A DNA stretch of 64,000 bases from an uncultured Gammaproteobacteria bacterium (GCA_964568925.1 CAZMSJ010000002.1:12339-76338), one strand, 5' to 3'; numbered from the stretch's first letter, positions 55,132 through 63,960 are shown. The notes: a model not told the origin generated them from the letters alone. Made by a program: numbers and translations.

Positions 55132-55779
55132 GTGAAGCAAAACGCAAAAAACAAAGTCATTAGTCTCTATCAGAAGGGTAGTTATACTCGTCTCTTCTCA
55201 TATATACGTTTTTGGGATGCACCCTACTCACAAGTAGAAAAGCTTATTCCAAAAAAAGGCACAATAGTTGAACTAGGTTGCGGTGAAGGGCTCTTCAGCA
55301 ACTTCCTTGCTGTTTCAGAACCAAAAAGAAAAGTTATTGGTATTGAGATTGATAAAAATCGTTTTAAAAATGCAGATAAGGGTTTACCAAATGCCACTTT
55401 CTCATATGGTGACATAACAAAGGTTACGATTCCAAAAGCTGATACTGTAGTGCTTTTCCATGTATTGCATCACCTTCGTTCATATACAGCACAATCCACA
55501 CTCTTAAGACGTGTTTCTTTAGGTATCCCTAAAAACGGGCGATTGATTGTGGTTGAGGTTGAACCAGTATTTTCATTCAAATATTTTGTAACTTGGTTTA
55601 CTGATCATTTCTTAGTACCTTGGCTTTTTGAAAAACGATTCTATTCGCCTATTTATTTTAGAGAGGCACAGGATTGGAAGGAACAATTTACTGAACTTAA
55701 TTTTGATGTAAAGATAAAGCGATATCGAAAAAATATGCCGTTTTCACATATTGTCTATGAATGTATCAAGATTAAGTAA
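55132..55779 (+). CDS. Class I SAM-dependent methyltransferase
   Basis: GTG start. Motifs IVELGCGEGLFS and VVLFHVLHHL. Confidence 0.75.
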   Translation: MKQNAKNKVISLYQKGSYTRLFSYIRFWDAPYSQVEKLIPKKGTIVELGCGEGLFSNFLAVSEPKRKVIGIEIDKNRFKNADKGLPNATFSYGDITKVTIPKADTVVLFHVLHHLRSYTAQSTLLRRVSLGIPKNGRLIVVEVEPVFSFKYFVTWFTDHFLVPWLFEKRFYSPIYFREAQDWKEQFTELNFDVKIKRYRKNMPFSHIVYECIKIK

Positions 55780-57949
55780 AAGTAGATTTGGAATTATCAT
55801 TCTTGTAGTGCTTTTTTTCGGTGGACTTTTCAGATTTCTTGGAGTTAACCCTGGCTTTAATCAGTTTCATTCTGATGAGGGGATATCATACTCAGCAGCC
55901 GTTTCAATGCTTCGAAACAGTAATTTTGATCCGCTTCGATACGACTATCCAGCTCTTGTTCCAGAAGTGAATTGGCTTACTTTCCGCTTTATTTTTACGC
56001 CACTATATTGGACAAAGTATTACATTACAAATATTAATCAAATGATTGATGGCTATTTGCCATACATTCCCAAAGAAGTGGATATGAATCGTATTTTTCA
56101 AAACGATATTTTGGGGAACAGAGAGATTAATGCACTTTTTTGGGGAAGATATACTACAGCATTTGTCAGTACTGCTTCAATTTTTGCTCTGTATTTACTC
56201 GCACTACGTTTGTTTAATCGGAAGGTTGCAATACTTTCTGCTATTTTTCTCGCATTTCATTTTAGATCAGTTACAAATTCACACTTGGGGTTACCTGACA
56301 CGTATAACGCATTTTTCTTGTTATTTTCACTGATTGCATCTTGGAGTATTCAAAAATATCCAACAAAGGGATCATATATATTAGCTGGTGTTGCTGTGGG
56401 ATTGAGTTTAGCAACAAAGTATCAGGTCTTTGCAATTTTACCTTTTATCTTTTCTCACATACTTCGATATTGGAATCCACAGAAACCTCGTTCTTTTTTC
56501 TCCATCTTTAAGGACTTTAAGATAGTAATTGCTGGTTTATCAGCGGTATTTGTTTTTATTATCCTAAACCCGTACCTAATTATTAACTTTGATTTCGCAA
56601 CCTATTCAATTCACGAAGTGTCTTTAAAGTATGCAATGGGAAAGAGTGTAATTTCACTATTTCCTCTCCACTATTGGATTTTTAATGATTTTGGGTTAGT
56701 GCTTGTTGGTGTAATTTTTGCAGGTATTCTTTTTTCTCTGTATCTAAGATCTTCACAAGCTCTTTTTCTTTTATGTCATGTAATTCCATTCCTTTTCGTC
56801 ATGTTGTATTACTCAAATGGAGGTTTTTATGTGAGAAATTTTATTACGGTTTCACCGCTATTTTTACTGTTTGCGGCTTGGCTTGTTGTAGAAATATATA
56901 CATTCCTTCGAAGATTTAATCTTTTATTTGCAAGTTTTGCGACAGCGGCTCTCATTTCTCTTCTGGTTTATATGCCTATCACAAACATTTTGATACATAC
57001 TCGTGAATACCAAAAACCTTGGAACTATAAAACAATTGTTGAGGATGTCCGTTCCGTTTTACCTAAAAATGCTGTGGTTGTAGGGCATCCTTTTGATCCT
57101 CTTCCTTCTGAACTAGAACCGAAACGCATTTCAATAAGTACTGCAAATCTTTATTCTTTGCAGGAATTTCGTAAGGTGAAGGCAGATTTTGCTCTTATAA
57201 ATATGGATTGGGCAGCCGATCCATTTTATGGATGGATGACTTCAGCTGGTAGGGAATCTTTGTCTTATGTGTTGCACAAGCCATATGACCAAATGAGAGA
57301 GACGTATTGGGGCCTTTCAATTGAGGAAATGATGCATTATGCGGTTACTGGTCGGTATAAGCCATGGCAAGCTCCAGAAGCAAACTTGTTTTTAATAGCT
57401 GTTCCACAATTTACCTCATATACATTTAGTTCCCCAGATCAAGTAACACTCGACACGAAGTGGAGGAAGATGAACCAATCTGATGCTCCTAATACTTTTT
57501 TGCTGTTACGAGAGAACAACACATTAGCACTAGGCCCAGGTTCAGGAAAGTTTGGCATTGCACGCTTTGTCTCTCCAGAAATGCCCGTGGAACCAGGAGT
57601 TGTGTATCGGTTGAGTGCACAACTTGAGTCTGAAAAAGATTTTGCAAACGCGACACCAAACGTTTTTATACGTGTTGATTTTTACAATAAAGAACAAGGA
57701 AAAATCCTCACTTCTGTATCAGATAGATTTGTTGGTAAAAAAGGTAGTATTGAGGTTCTTACTCAGGTACCACCTAATGCCCAATATTTAACGATTTCAT
57801 ATCAGGCTACAAACGCGCTTGCAGGGTCTGTAATGTTGTCTTCAGTTTCAATGGCAAAGGCGAAAGCAAAGGAACCATTCCCACAACAATTTGTATCATT
57901 TTCTGATTATCAAGATCTTTTGTATCCAAACTCTCATGGGAATTTATAA
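55751..57949 (+). CDS. GT-C-fold membrane glycosyltransferase (PMT_2-like) with a C-terminal CBM_4_9-like jelly-roll domain
   Basis: 732 aa. Loop FNQFHSDEGISYSAAVSMLRN after TM1, and about 12 TMs. The C-terminal ~145 aa (PGVVYRLSAQLESE...FIRVDFYNKEQ...YLTISYQATN..GSVMLSSVSM) resembles carbohydrate-binding modules. Confidence 0.6.
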   Translation: MSMNVSRLSKSRFGIIILVVLFFGGLFRFLGVNPGFNQFHSDEGISYSAAVSMLRNSNFDPLRYDYPALVPEVNWLTFRFIFTPLYWTKYYITNINQMIDGYLPYIPKEVDMNRIFQNDILGNREINALFWGRYTTAFVSTASIFALYLLALRLFNRKVAILSAIFLAFHFRSVTNSHLGLPDTYNAFFLLFSLIASWSIQKYPTKGSYILAGVAVGLSLATKYQVFAILPFIFSHILRYWNPQKPRSFFSIFKDFKIVIAGLSAVFVFIILNPYLIINFDFATYSIHEVSLKYAMGKSVISLFPLHYWIFNDFGLVLVGVIFAGILFSLYLRSSQALFLLCHVIPFLFVMLYYSNGGFYVRNFITVSPLFLLFAAWLVVEIYTFLRRFNLLFASFATAALISLLVYMPITNILIHTREYQKPWNYKTIVEDVRSVLPKNAVVVGHPFDPLPSELEPKRISISTANLYSLQEFRKVKADFALINMDWAADPFYGWMTSAGRESLSYVLHKPYDQMRETYWGLSIEEMMHYAVTGRYKPWQAPEANLFLIAVPQFTSYTFSSPDQVTLDTKWRKMNQSDAPNTFLLLRENNTLALGPGSGKFGIARFVSPEMPVEPGVVYRLSAQLESEKDFANATPNVFIRVDFYNKEQGKILTSVSDRFVGKKGSIEVLTQVPPNAQYLTISYQATNALAGSVMLSSVSMAKAKAKEPFPQQFVSFSDYQDLLYPNSHGNL

Positions 57950-60560
57950 AGCTATTTTAAAGTATCTTCACACCTTCCCTGCTTTTCTTTTTCTTGTTGC
58001 ATTAATTTCCTCAGGGCAAATGATGCTTATGTATATATGGAAAGATGACAATGCGATATTTTTTAAATTCACTCATTTAGCTGAACCAGCCGGGTATCTG
58101 GGTCGAGGTCTATTTGGAGAAGGCCCATACAAATTATCAGTGGCACCCTATTGGTTCATTTATAAACTGGTTGGTTACAGTCCTGTTTTCCCATATTACA
58201 TATTGGCTTTTGCTACCTATTTTGCTGCAATCCTCGCAGTCTATTTGTTGTTCACTCTTTTCTTTGAAAAAAAGACTGCAAAAATCAGTGCGTTTCTTTT
58301 TGCGTCAGGTTACATAGCGTCCGAAGGTTTTTATTGGCTTGCAAGCTCTTGGATTTTGAGTGTATCAATTATCCTTACTGTTTTAGCCGTAGCTGCGACC
58401 TATGTGTACACACAAAAGCCTACGAAGTTATATTATCTTTTTTCAGTTGCATCATACCTCCTCGCTTTGTTAGTTACTCCTGTGAGAACTCACTATGTTA
58501 TTGCACTTGTCCTACTCATACATTTTTTGTGGGGTAAGTATGAATTTACATTGAGAGGACTAGGGGGACTTGTTATTCGACTCACACCGTATCTATTTCT
58601 TTTTTATTGGTTTTATATCCTATCAGCTGATTCTCGGACCACCTCATTTGGTGATTTTTTTAGATCACTTCTGCATGGTGATTTGTATGTACTTTATTCC
58701 TCTCTTACAACCACGGGAAGTATGTTTATCACTGATTTACAATGGAATGTCATTTTAAAGTTGAGTCGCCCACTATTTGGAAGGAATATTTTGAGCACTT
58801 TTGTTGTACTTACCTTTACCGCACTAACCTCAGTTCTTTTATATCGAAAGTCAAGTAAACGATTAACCACTGGAATTGCCGTACTCTATATTGTTTCCTC
58901 GTTCATCATTTTTCTCCTTAGCAGAAAAATAATTTTCTCTCCACAAATTAATAGTTTTGCTGGGGCAGTGTTTGTTACATCCTTTGGTGGTATTATCCTT
59001 GCATTTTTTACGTTCCTTTCTCTTGTTGTCTCAAAAGAGAATAGGAAAACAATATTGTTTTTCTTAATGTGGTTTATTACAAGCTTGATTGTGTATACGG
59101 CGTATATCCCAACCAGTAGTTATGCAACGATTGATCGATACCTTGGGCACTCTTTTATTGCTGTAGCAGTTTTATATGGACTGCTCGCTACCTATACCAA
59201 ACGTAGAATTATTACGGTTCTTGTTATCGTATTTGGAGCACTAAACATTTTTGCCTCAATTCAAACCCAACGTACAATTGTTCAAACGAGAAGTATCCTA
59301 GCTCGTTCCTTTTACACCCAGTTAGCAGAACAACTACCAATCCTTACCAAAGGTGACACATTGTATTTTGACTTGAGTCCAAAAGGGCGTGAAGTCTTTG
59401 CTGCAGCTTTCTCTGTGGGTCAAATGCCAGAGTCTACTGCTCTTGCGTGGAGGTATGGTTTAGACCGGTATGATTTTAATCTTGTGACTGACTATTCGGA
59501 CTTAGTAAAGAAAGTAGAAAGCAAAAAAGTTGATCAGCAAAAGATTCATACATTTTACTTTGACGGAATTAAATTGCTTGATACAACAAACGAGTATCAG
59601 AGAAAAAACAAAGACACTAAAATAGATTTTACCCTTGGTGGTCGATTGCTCGATGAATATACATTTATGCAACCCACATCTTCAGTACGTGAAGTTCACT
59701 TTGAAATTGTAATGACAGCTTTCCCAAAACGGTTATTGATAACAGATTTTCCAGTTATGACCAGTACTATCGATCCGATTGTTAAGGATGCTTCTTTTCA
59801 AGCTGTTGCAAAAAAGTATCTCGCATTTCGAGCAGCTAGTGTAAAAACCCTCGAGGCAACATCCTCAAGTCAGTGGCAAGAAAGAGTAATCGCAAATATA
59901 CACGATAATAATGAAAATACCGTTTGGCAGCCTGATCGTATATTGTGGCACGATGGTTTACAAAGTTTTACGCTTGATACTGGTGCAGTACAAAACATTG
60001 ATCGATTGGTTTGGAAGAATGGCTTTGATAACAATACTCCGACAGACTATATAATCTTTGTTTCAAAAGACAATCAAAATTTTGAAGAAGTATTGCATAT
60101 TGAAAAGACAAGAAAACTACTTGGAGGACAGCTACAAGAAGAACGTTTCACACCTAAGAGCGCCAGATTTGTACGAATGCAGATAGTAAAAAGCTTGAAT
60201 GATGATGCACCTGGTATTAGTGAGGCTTGGGTTATACCAAGTGAGTTTGCTAATTATTCTGCAAACGATCTTGAGGCTTACTACAAACATCCATTTGCTT
60301 ATATCCCTGACTTAAAATCGTATATCCAAAGCTTACAAACTTTAAATTACAAAGGTATCTTGAATTTTTACTGGTTTAACAACAAGAATATGACGTTCCA
60401 AACAAGCGAGACAAGCAATTTTGAGGTAGTTTACGATGGCAAGCCACACAGCTACAAATTTACTGTCCCAGCAGGAGGTACAGAATTACTAAAACTTCGG
60501 TTAGAAAGTACAACCATACCTGGCGAGGTTCAAATAACACAAATAAAACGAACACAATGA
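57936..60560 (+). CDS. Large polytopic membrane protein (GT-C candidate) with a C-terminal F5/8-type-C (discoidin) domain
   Basis: ATG 57936 is preferred over the ORF-track 57891. After TM1 the loop is YIWKDDNAIFFKF, followed by about 12 TMs. The discoidin-like segment is EATSSSQWQERVIANIHDNNENTVWQ...FTLDTGAVQNIDRLVW...YIIFVSKDNQNFEEV...ARFVRMQIV...ISEAWV. Confidence 0.6.
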   Translation: MGIYKAILKYLHTFPAFLFLVALISSGQMMLMYIWKDDNAIFFKFTHLAEPAGYLGRGLFGEGPYKLSVAPYWFIYKLVGYSPVFPYYILAFATYFAAILAVYLLFTLFFEKKTAKISAFLFASGYIASEGFYWLASSWILSVSIILTVLAVAATYVYTQKPTKLYYLFSVASYLLALLVTPVRTHYVIALVLLIHFLWGKYEFTLRGLGGLVIRLTPYLFLFYWFYILSADSRTTSFGDFFRSLLHGDLYVLYSSLTTTGSMFITDLQWNVILKLSRPLFGRNILSTFVVLTFTALTSVLLYRKSSKRLTTGIAVLYIVSSFIIFLLSRKIIFSPQINSFAGAVFVTSFGGIILAFFTFLSLVVSKENRKTILFFLMWFITSLIVYTAYIPTSSYATIDRYLGHSFIAVAVLYGLLATYTKRRIITVLVIVFGALNIFASIQTQRTIVQTRSILARSFYTQLAEQLPILTKGDTLYFDLSPKGREVFAAAFSVGQMPESTALAWRYGLDRYDFNLVTDYSDLVKKVESKKVDQQKIHTFYFDGIKLLDTTNEYQRKNKDTKIDFTLGGRLLDEYTFMQPTSSVREVHFEIVMTAFPKRLLITDFPVMTSTIDPIVKDASFQAVAKKYLAFRAASVKTLEATSSSQWQERVIANIHDNNENTVWQPDRILWHDGLQSFTLDTGAVQNIDRLVWKNGFDNNTPTDYIIFVSKDNQNFEEVLHIEKTRKLLGGQLQEERFTPKSARFVRMQIVKSLNDDAPGISEAWVIPSEFANYSANDLEAYYKHPFAYIPDLKSYIQSLQTLNYKGILNFYWFNNKNMTFQTSETSNFEVVYDGKPHSYKFTVPAGGTELLKLRLESTTIPGEVQITQIKRTQ

Positions 60561-61264
60561 AGAAAAAGGTGGTTATCGTTCTCCCTGCATATAACGCTGC
60601 AAAAACTCTTAAAAAAACAGTAGATGATATCCCAGACAAAGGATACAAAATCATTCTTGTTGATGACATGAGCAAGGACAATACTGTGCGCTTAGCACAG
60701 AAAATGGGTTTAGAAGTTTTTAAACATCCCCAAAATCGAGGTTACGGAGCAAACCAAAAGACCTGCTACACAATCGCACTATCAATAGGTGCAGATATCA
60801 TTGTGATGATACACCCAGATTATCAGTATGACGCGACAAAAACTGAAGATATGGTACGCCCTATTCAAAAAGGCGAAGTGGACATAATGCTTGGTTCACG
60901 TATCCGAACTCGTAAAGAAGCACTTGCGGGTGGTATGCCCTTTTACAAATATATAAGCAACAGGTTTTTAACGATTGTCGAAAATATTGTACTTGGACTT
61001 AACCTTTCTGAATATCATACTGGGTATAGAGCATACAGTCGTGAAGCACTTGAAAAAGTCCCTTTCCATAAATTTTCTGATGATTTTGTTTTCGATCAGC
61101 AAATGTTAATCAGTGCAGCAAAATTAGAATTATCTATTGGTGAGATTCCTGTACCTGTTCGCTATTTTTCGGAAGCGTCATCTATTGGTCTTATAAAATC
61201 GATACGTTATGGTACTATGACGATAATCTATTTATTTTTGTCAATATTTACTCGAGATGAATAA
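60557..61264 (+). CDS. GT2 glycosyltransferase, DPM1-like candidate polyprenol-phosphate sugar synthase
   Basis: Motifs VVIVLPAYNAAKTL, IILVDDMSKDNT, MIHPDYQYD, YHTGYRAY. ATGA overlap. Confidence 0.7.
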   Translation: MKKKVVIVLPAYNAAKTLKKTVDDIPDKGYKIILVDDMSKDNTVRLAQKMGLEVFKHPQNRGYGANQKTCYTIALSIGADIIVMIHPDYQYDATKTEDMVRPIQKGEVDIMLGSRIRTRKEALAGGMPFYKYISNRFLTIVENIVLGLNLSEYHTGYRAYSREALEKVPFHKFSDDFVFDQQMLISAAKLELSIGEIPVPVRYFSEASSIGLIKSIRYGTMTIIYLFLSIFTRDE

Positions 61265-62231
61265 AAAATACAAGCCATTTGTCAGTATTATAATTCCATT
61301 GTATGTTGATGTCCCTCGTTTCTACCTCGACTTATCAAAATTTAGTTTGTTAACATACAAAAATTACGAAATTCTTGTAGTTACTGACCGTAAAGATCTA
61401 CGTATAAACCAAAAGAATGTTCGCGTGATAAAAACAAAAAGTGGTAGAACGGGACCCGCTGAAAAAAGAGATATCGCGATAAAAGCTTGTACCGGTGAAA
61501 TTTGTGCATTTATCGACGACGACGCTTATCCGAACAAGGATTGGATTACAACCGCGATTAAGTATTTTGAAAATCCTCTAGTTGCAGCAGTTGGAGGCCC
61601 AGGTATTACGCCGAATGAAGATACCTATTGGGAACAGCTCACAGGCCTTGTTTACTCATCATTTTTTTGTAGCGGAAACGCACAATATCGGTTTGTACAT
61701 GGAAGAAAACAATTTGTAGACGATTATCCGGCATATAATTTGTTGGTACGAAAATCTGTCTTATTAGAAGTTGATGGATATGGAAGCCATTTTTACGGTG
61801 GGGAAGACACTCTGCTTTGTATGAAGATAGTTAATGCGGGACATAAGATTCTATACAGTCCAAAGGTTATTGTATTTCATCATAGAAGAGCTTTATTCAT
61901 TCCTTATTTGTTACAAATTGCAAACGTTGGTAAGCATCGTGGATATTTTGCACGAGTGTATCCCGGGACCTCACGTCGTCTTGGATACTTTTTACCTAGC
62001 CTGTTGTCTATCGGGCTAGCATTTTTATTGATAGTATCTGTCTTTAACTATATGTTTGCGATATTCACACTTCTATCATTTCTATTTTTTTGGGTAATTG
62101 CTTCGCTATCAGTAGCTTCAAAGACCAATATTTTGAACGCGATTGTAGTAGGACTTGGTATAATCCTCACACATATAAGCTATGGTCTATCCTTTATTCA
62201 AGGATTTTTTACAAAAAGTCTATTAAGATAG
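61257..62231 (+). CDS. GT2 glycosyltransferase with C-terminal TM segments
   Basis: Motifs VSIIIPLY, FIDDDAYP, GGEDTLLC. Three hydrophobic C-terminal segments. Confidence 0.75.
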   Translation: MNKKYKPFVSIIIPLYVDVPRFYLDLSKFSLLTYKNYEILVVTDRKDLRINQKNVRVIKTKSGRTGPAEKRDIAIKACTGEICAFIDDDAYPNKDWITTAIKYFENPLVAAVGGPGITPNEDTYWEQLTGLVYSSFFCSGNAQYRFVHGRKQFVDDYPAYNLLVRKSVLLEVDGYGSHFYGGEDTLLCMKIVNAGHKILYSPKVIVFHHRRALFIPYLLQIANVGKHRGYFARVYPGTSRRLGYFLPSLLSIGLAFLLIVSVFNYMFAIFTLLSFLFFWVIASLSVASKTNILNAIVVGLGIILTHISYGLSFIQGFFTKSLLR

Positions 62232-62927
62232 TTTTTCCGCGATTATGTGATTTTCAAAGAAACCCCCTTTTTGATATTCATAATTCACTAACTGATTGAT
62301 AAAATTCGGCCATTTAATTTCGTTGTACTTGAGTAAATGCTTCATGATCAATTCAATATTTACGGTTAGTATCCTCGTTATACCGCCAGTTTGGTACGTG
62401 TTTCTAATTTTAAAATTGTTCTTTTGAAGCATTTCAATTAGATATTTCATACTGTAATGTCTATGCCCAATCAAAAAAAACGCAGGATCTCCTAAAATTG
62501 ATAAAATATGTTTGTTGGGAGTTGAAATGATAAGTATGCCCTTCTTTCTCATGACCCTGGATATCTCCTTAATCACGGTATCTTCTAAATTGGCAGGCAC
62601 ATGTTCAATTACTTCAAACAACAACACAGTATCAAAGGAATTATTGTTGAACGGAAGTTTTTGTGCATTCGCAACTTTTAATGAAGCATCTGGTAACTTC
62701 TTTCTTGCGATAGCTATAGCTTCTGCTCCTGGGTCAATACCCGATATCGATTTTGCATCCAACTTAATACAATCCAGAACCATACCTGTCCAGCAACCTA
62801 TATCAAGGACATCTTTTTTCTGAATATGTTTTTTAGCGATTTTTAAGTTGAATTTATGATGAACAGATAATCTTTCATCAAAAGCCATATTTACCTTTCT
62901 TCGAGTAGATTCATCAATTCTTTTCAT
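62223..62927 (-). CDS. Class I SAM-dependent methyltransferase
   Basis: Motifs VLDIGCWTGMV and VLLFEVIEHVP. ATGA overlap with the upstream GT2. Confidence 0.8.
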   Translation of the reverse strand: MKRIDESTRRKVNMAFDERLSVHHKFNLKIAKKHIQKKDVLDIGCWTGMVLDCIKLDAKSISGIDPGAEAIAIARKKLPDASLKVANAQKLPFNNNSFDTVLLFEVIEHVPANLEDTVIKEISRVMRKKGILIISTPNKHILSILGDPAFFLIGHRHYSMKYLIEMLQKNNFKIRNTYQTGGITRILTVNIELIMKHLLKYNEIKWPNFINQLVNYEYQKGGFFENHIIAEKLS

Positions 62928-63955
62928 ATATGGAATAAGTTGCGAATCATTTTATAGATTAGTTTTTGGCCGTCTTTAGCTGCTATCAGATTAAAAACTA
63001 GTATGTCAGTTGTTGCAATTGTAATTAAAGGTTCAGCAAGCAAAACAGAGTCCTTCTCCTTTATAGCTCTATAAATTCCTCTTATTGTTGCCGGAATAAT
63101 TAAGTTTGCATATATAATCCAAGCAATAATTTTAAATATATCCTTTTTGTTGGATACATCGAACCATTTAAAATACGTGGTCTCTTGATACGGGAAAAAA
63201 TGCATGTGTAGATTCCTAACTCTCTTATAAACAAGATGAGAAAGAGTTTTTGCGTGAAAATGATATATTCCTGCAGACGGTACATATGCAAACGTATGAT
63301 ACCCATCCTTTACAAGCGCACATACGCTATCAAGGTCAAAGAATCCGGGCCAATTCCAAGACTCGTTTGCTTTGATAACACTTGTTCGAAAGAGCATTCG
63401 CCCTGCAGGTGGAATTTTAAAGTTTGCATAATTTAAAATCCAATAATTTTTTGTCTTTTTTACTACACGAGAGTTAATCGATGCTGAAAAATACTCGTAC
63501 ATCGGGTCACACTGTATGGGATGATACGATATGAACTTTGTAACCCAGGTCATTTTTTTACTTGGAACTCCCTCCCTCCCAAAACTTGCTACAATTTTTT
63601 CATCAGCTTCTAAGGGATATACTAGTTTTTCAAAAAAGTTATTTCCAACGAGTTCAATATCTTGTTCTAAAACATACACATACTTGCCTTTAGCATTGTG
63701 TAAACCGATACTTTTACCTACCTCTGATCGATTTATCGTTTTGTTACCATCAAAAATATTATCAAGATATATTGCTTTATACTTTCTAATAATAGATGCA
63801 GTGTTATCTTTTGATCGATCGTTTACAACAATAATTTCAAGTTTATTTTGAGGATATGATTGCCTTTTAATTGAAAGGATACACTTTTCGAGCCCTTTTG
63901 CATCATCTTTTGTAGGAATAATTATGGATATTTTTGGATAACTCTGACTGGTCAT
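62924..63955 (-). CDS. GT2 glycosyltransferase
   Basis: Motifs KISIIIPTKDD, IIVVNDRSKDNT, VLEQD. Confidence 0.75.
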   Translation of the reverse strand: MTSQSYPKISIIIPTKDDAKGLEKCILSIKRQSYPQNKLEIIVVNDRSKDNTASIIRKYKAIYLDNIFDGNKTINRSEVGKSIGLHNAKGKYVYVLEQDIELVGNNFFEKLVYPLEADEKIVASFGREGVPSKKMTWVTKFISYHPIQCDPMYEYFSASINSRVVKKTKNYWILNYANFKIPPAGRMLFRTSVIKANESWNWPGFFDLDSVCALVKDGYHTFAYVPSAGIYHFHAKTLSHLVYKRVRNLHMHFFPYQETTYFKWFDVSNKKDIFKIIAWIIYANLIIPATIRGIYRAIKEKDSVLLAEPLITIATTDILVFNLIAAKDGQKLIYKMIRNLFHI

Positions 63956-63960
63956 TCGGT

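Noticed and set aside
9293-57935. Long N-terminal extensions in the ORF track (starts 9293, 11160, 12926, 13630, 27968, 35879, 41439, 43747, 55091(-), 57891).
   Set aside because: The extensions overlap the preceding gene and encode basic, low-complexity sequence. Internal ATG or GTG starts create ATGA junctions, follow -10 boxes at fixed spacing, or generate proper N-termini (a signal peptide, or a match to a paralogue).
12270-62480. A8/T8 homopolymer tracts inside coding regions as phase-variation switches, for example 12270-12277, 23995-24002, 42602-42609, 52977-52984 and 62473-62480.
   Set aside because: My rough expectation for an AT-rich 64-kb sequence on both strands is on the order of ten such runs by chance. 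They are not positioned near 5' ends and none interrupts a reading frame.
48-63851. Numerous antisense or alternative-frame ORFs of 60-133 aa in the ORF track, for example 4701..5060(-), 6782..7144(-), 25212..25520(-), 45912..46307(-), 50196..50597(-), 51995..52321(-), 62512..62823(+), 63531..63851(+).
   Set aside because: Each lies entirely within a longer ORF on the other strand or frame that has clear enzyme motifs. Their sequences are low-complexity with no motifs. They are typical shadow ORFs.
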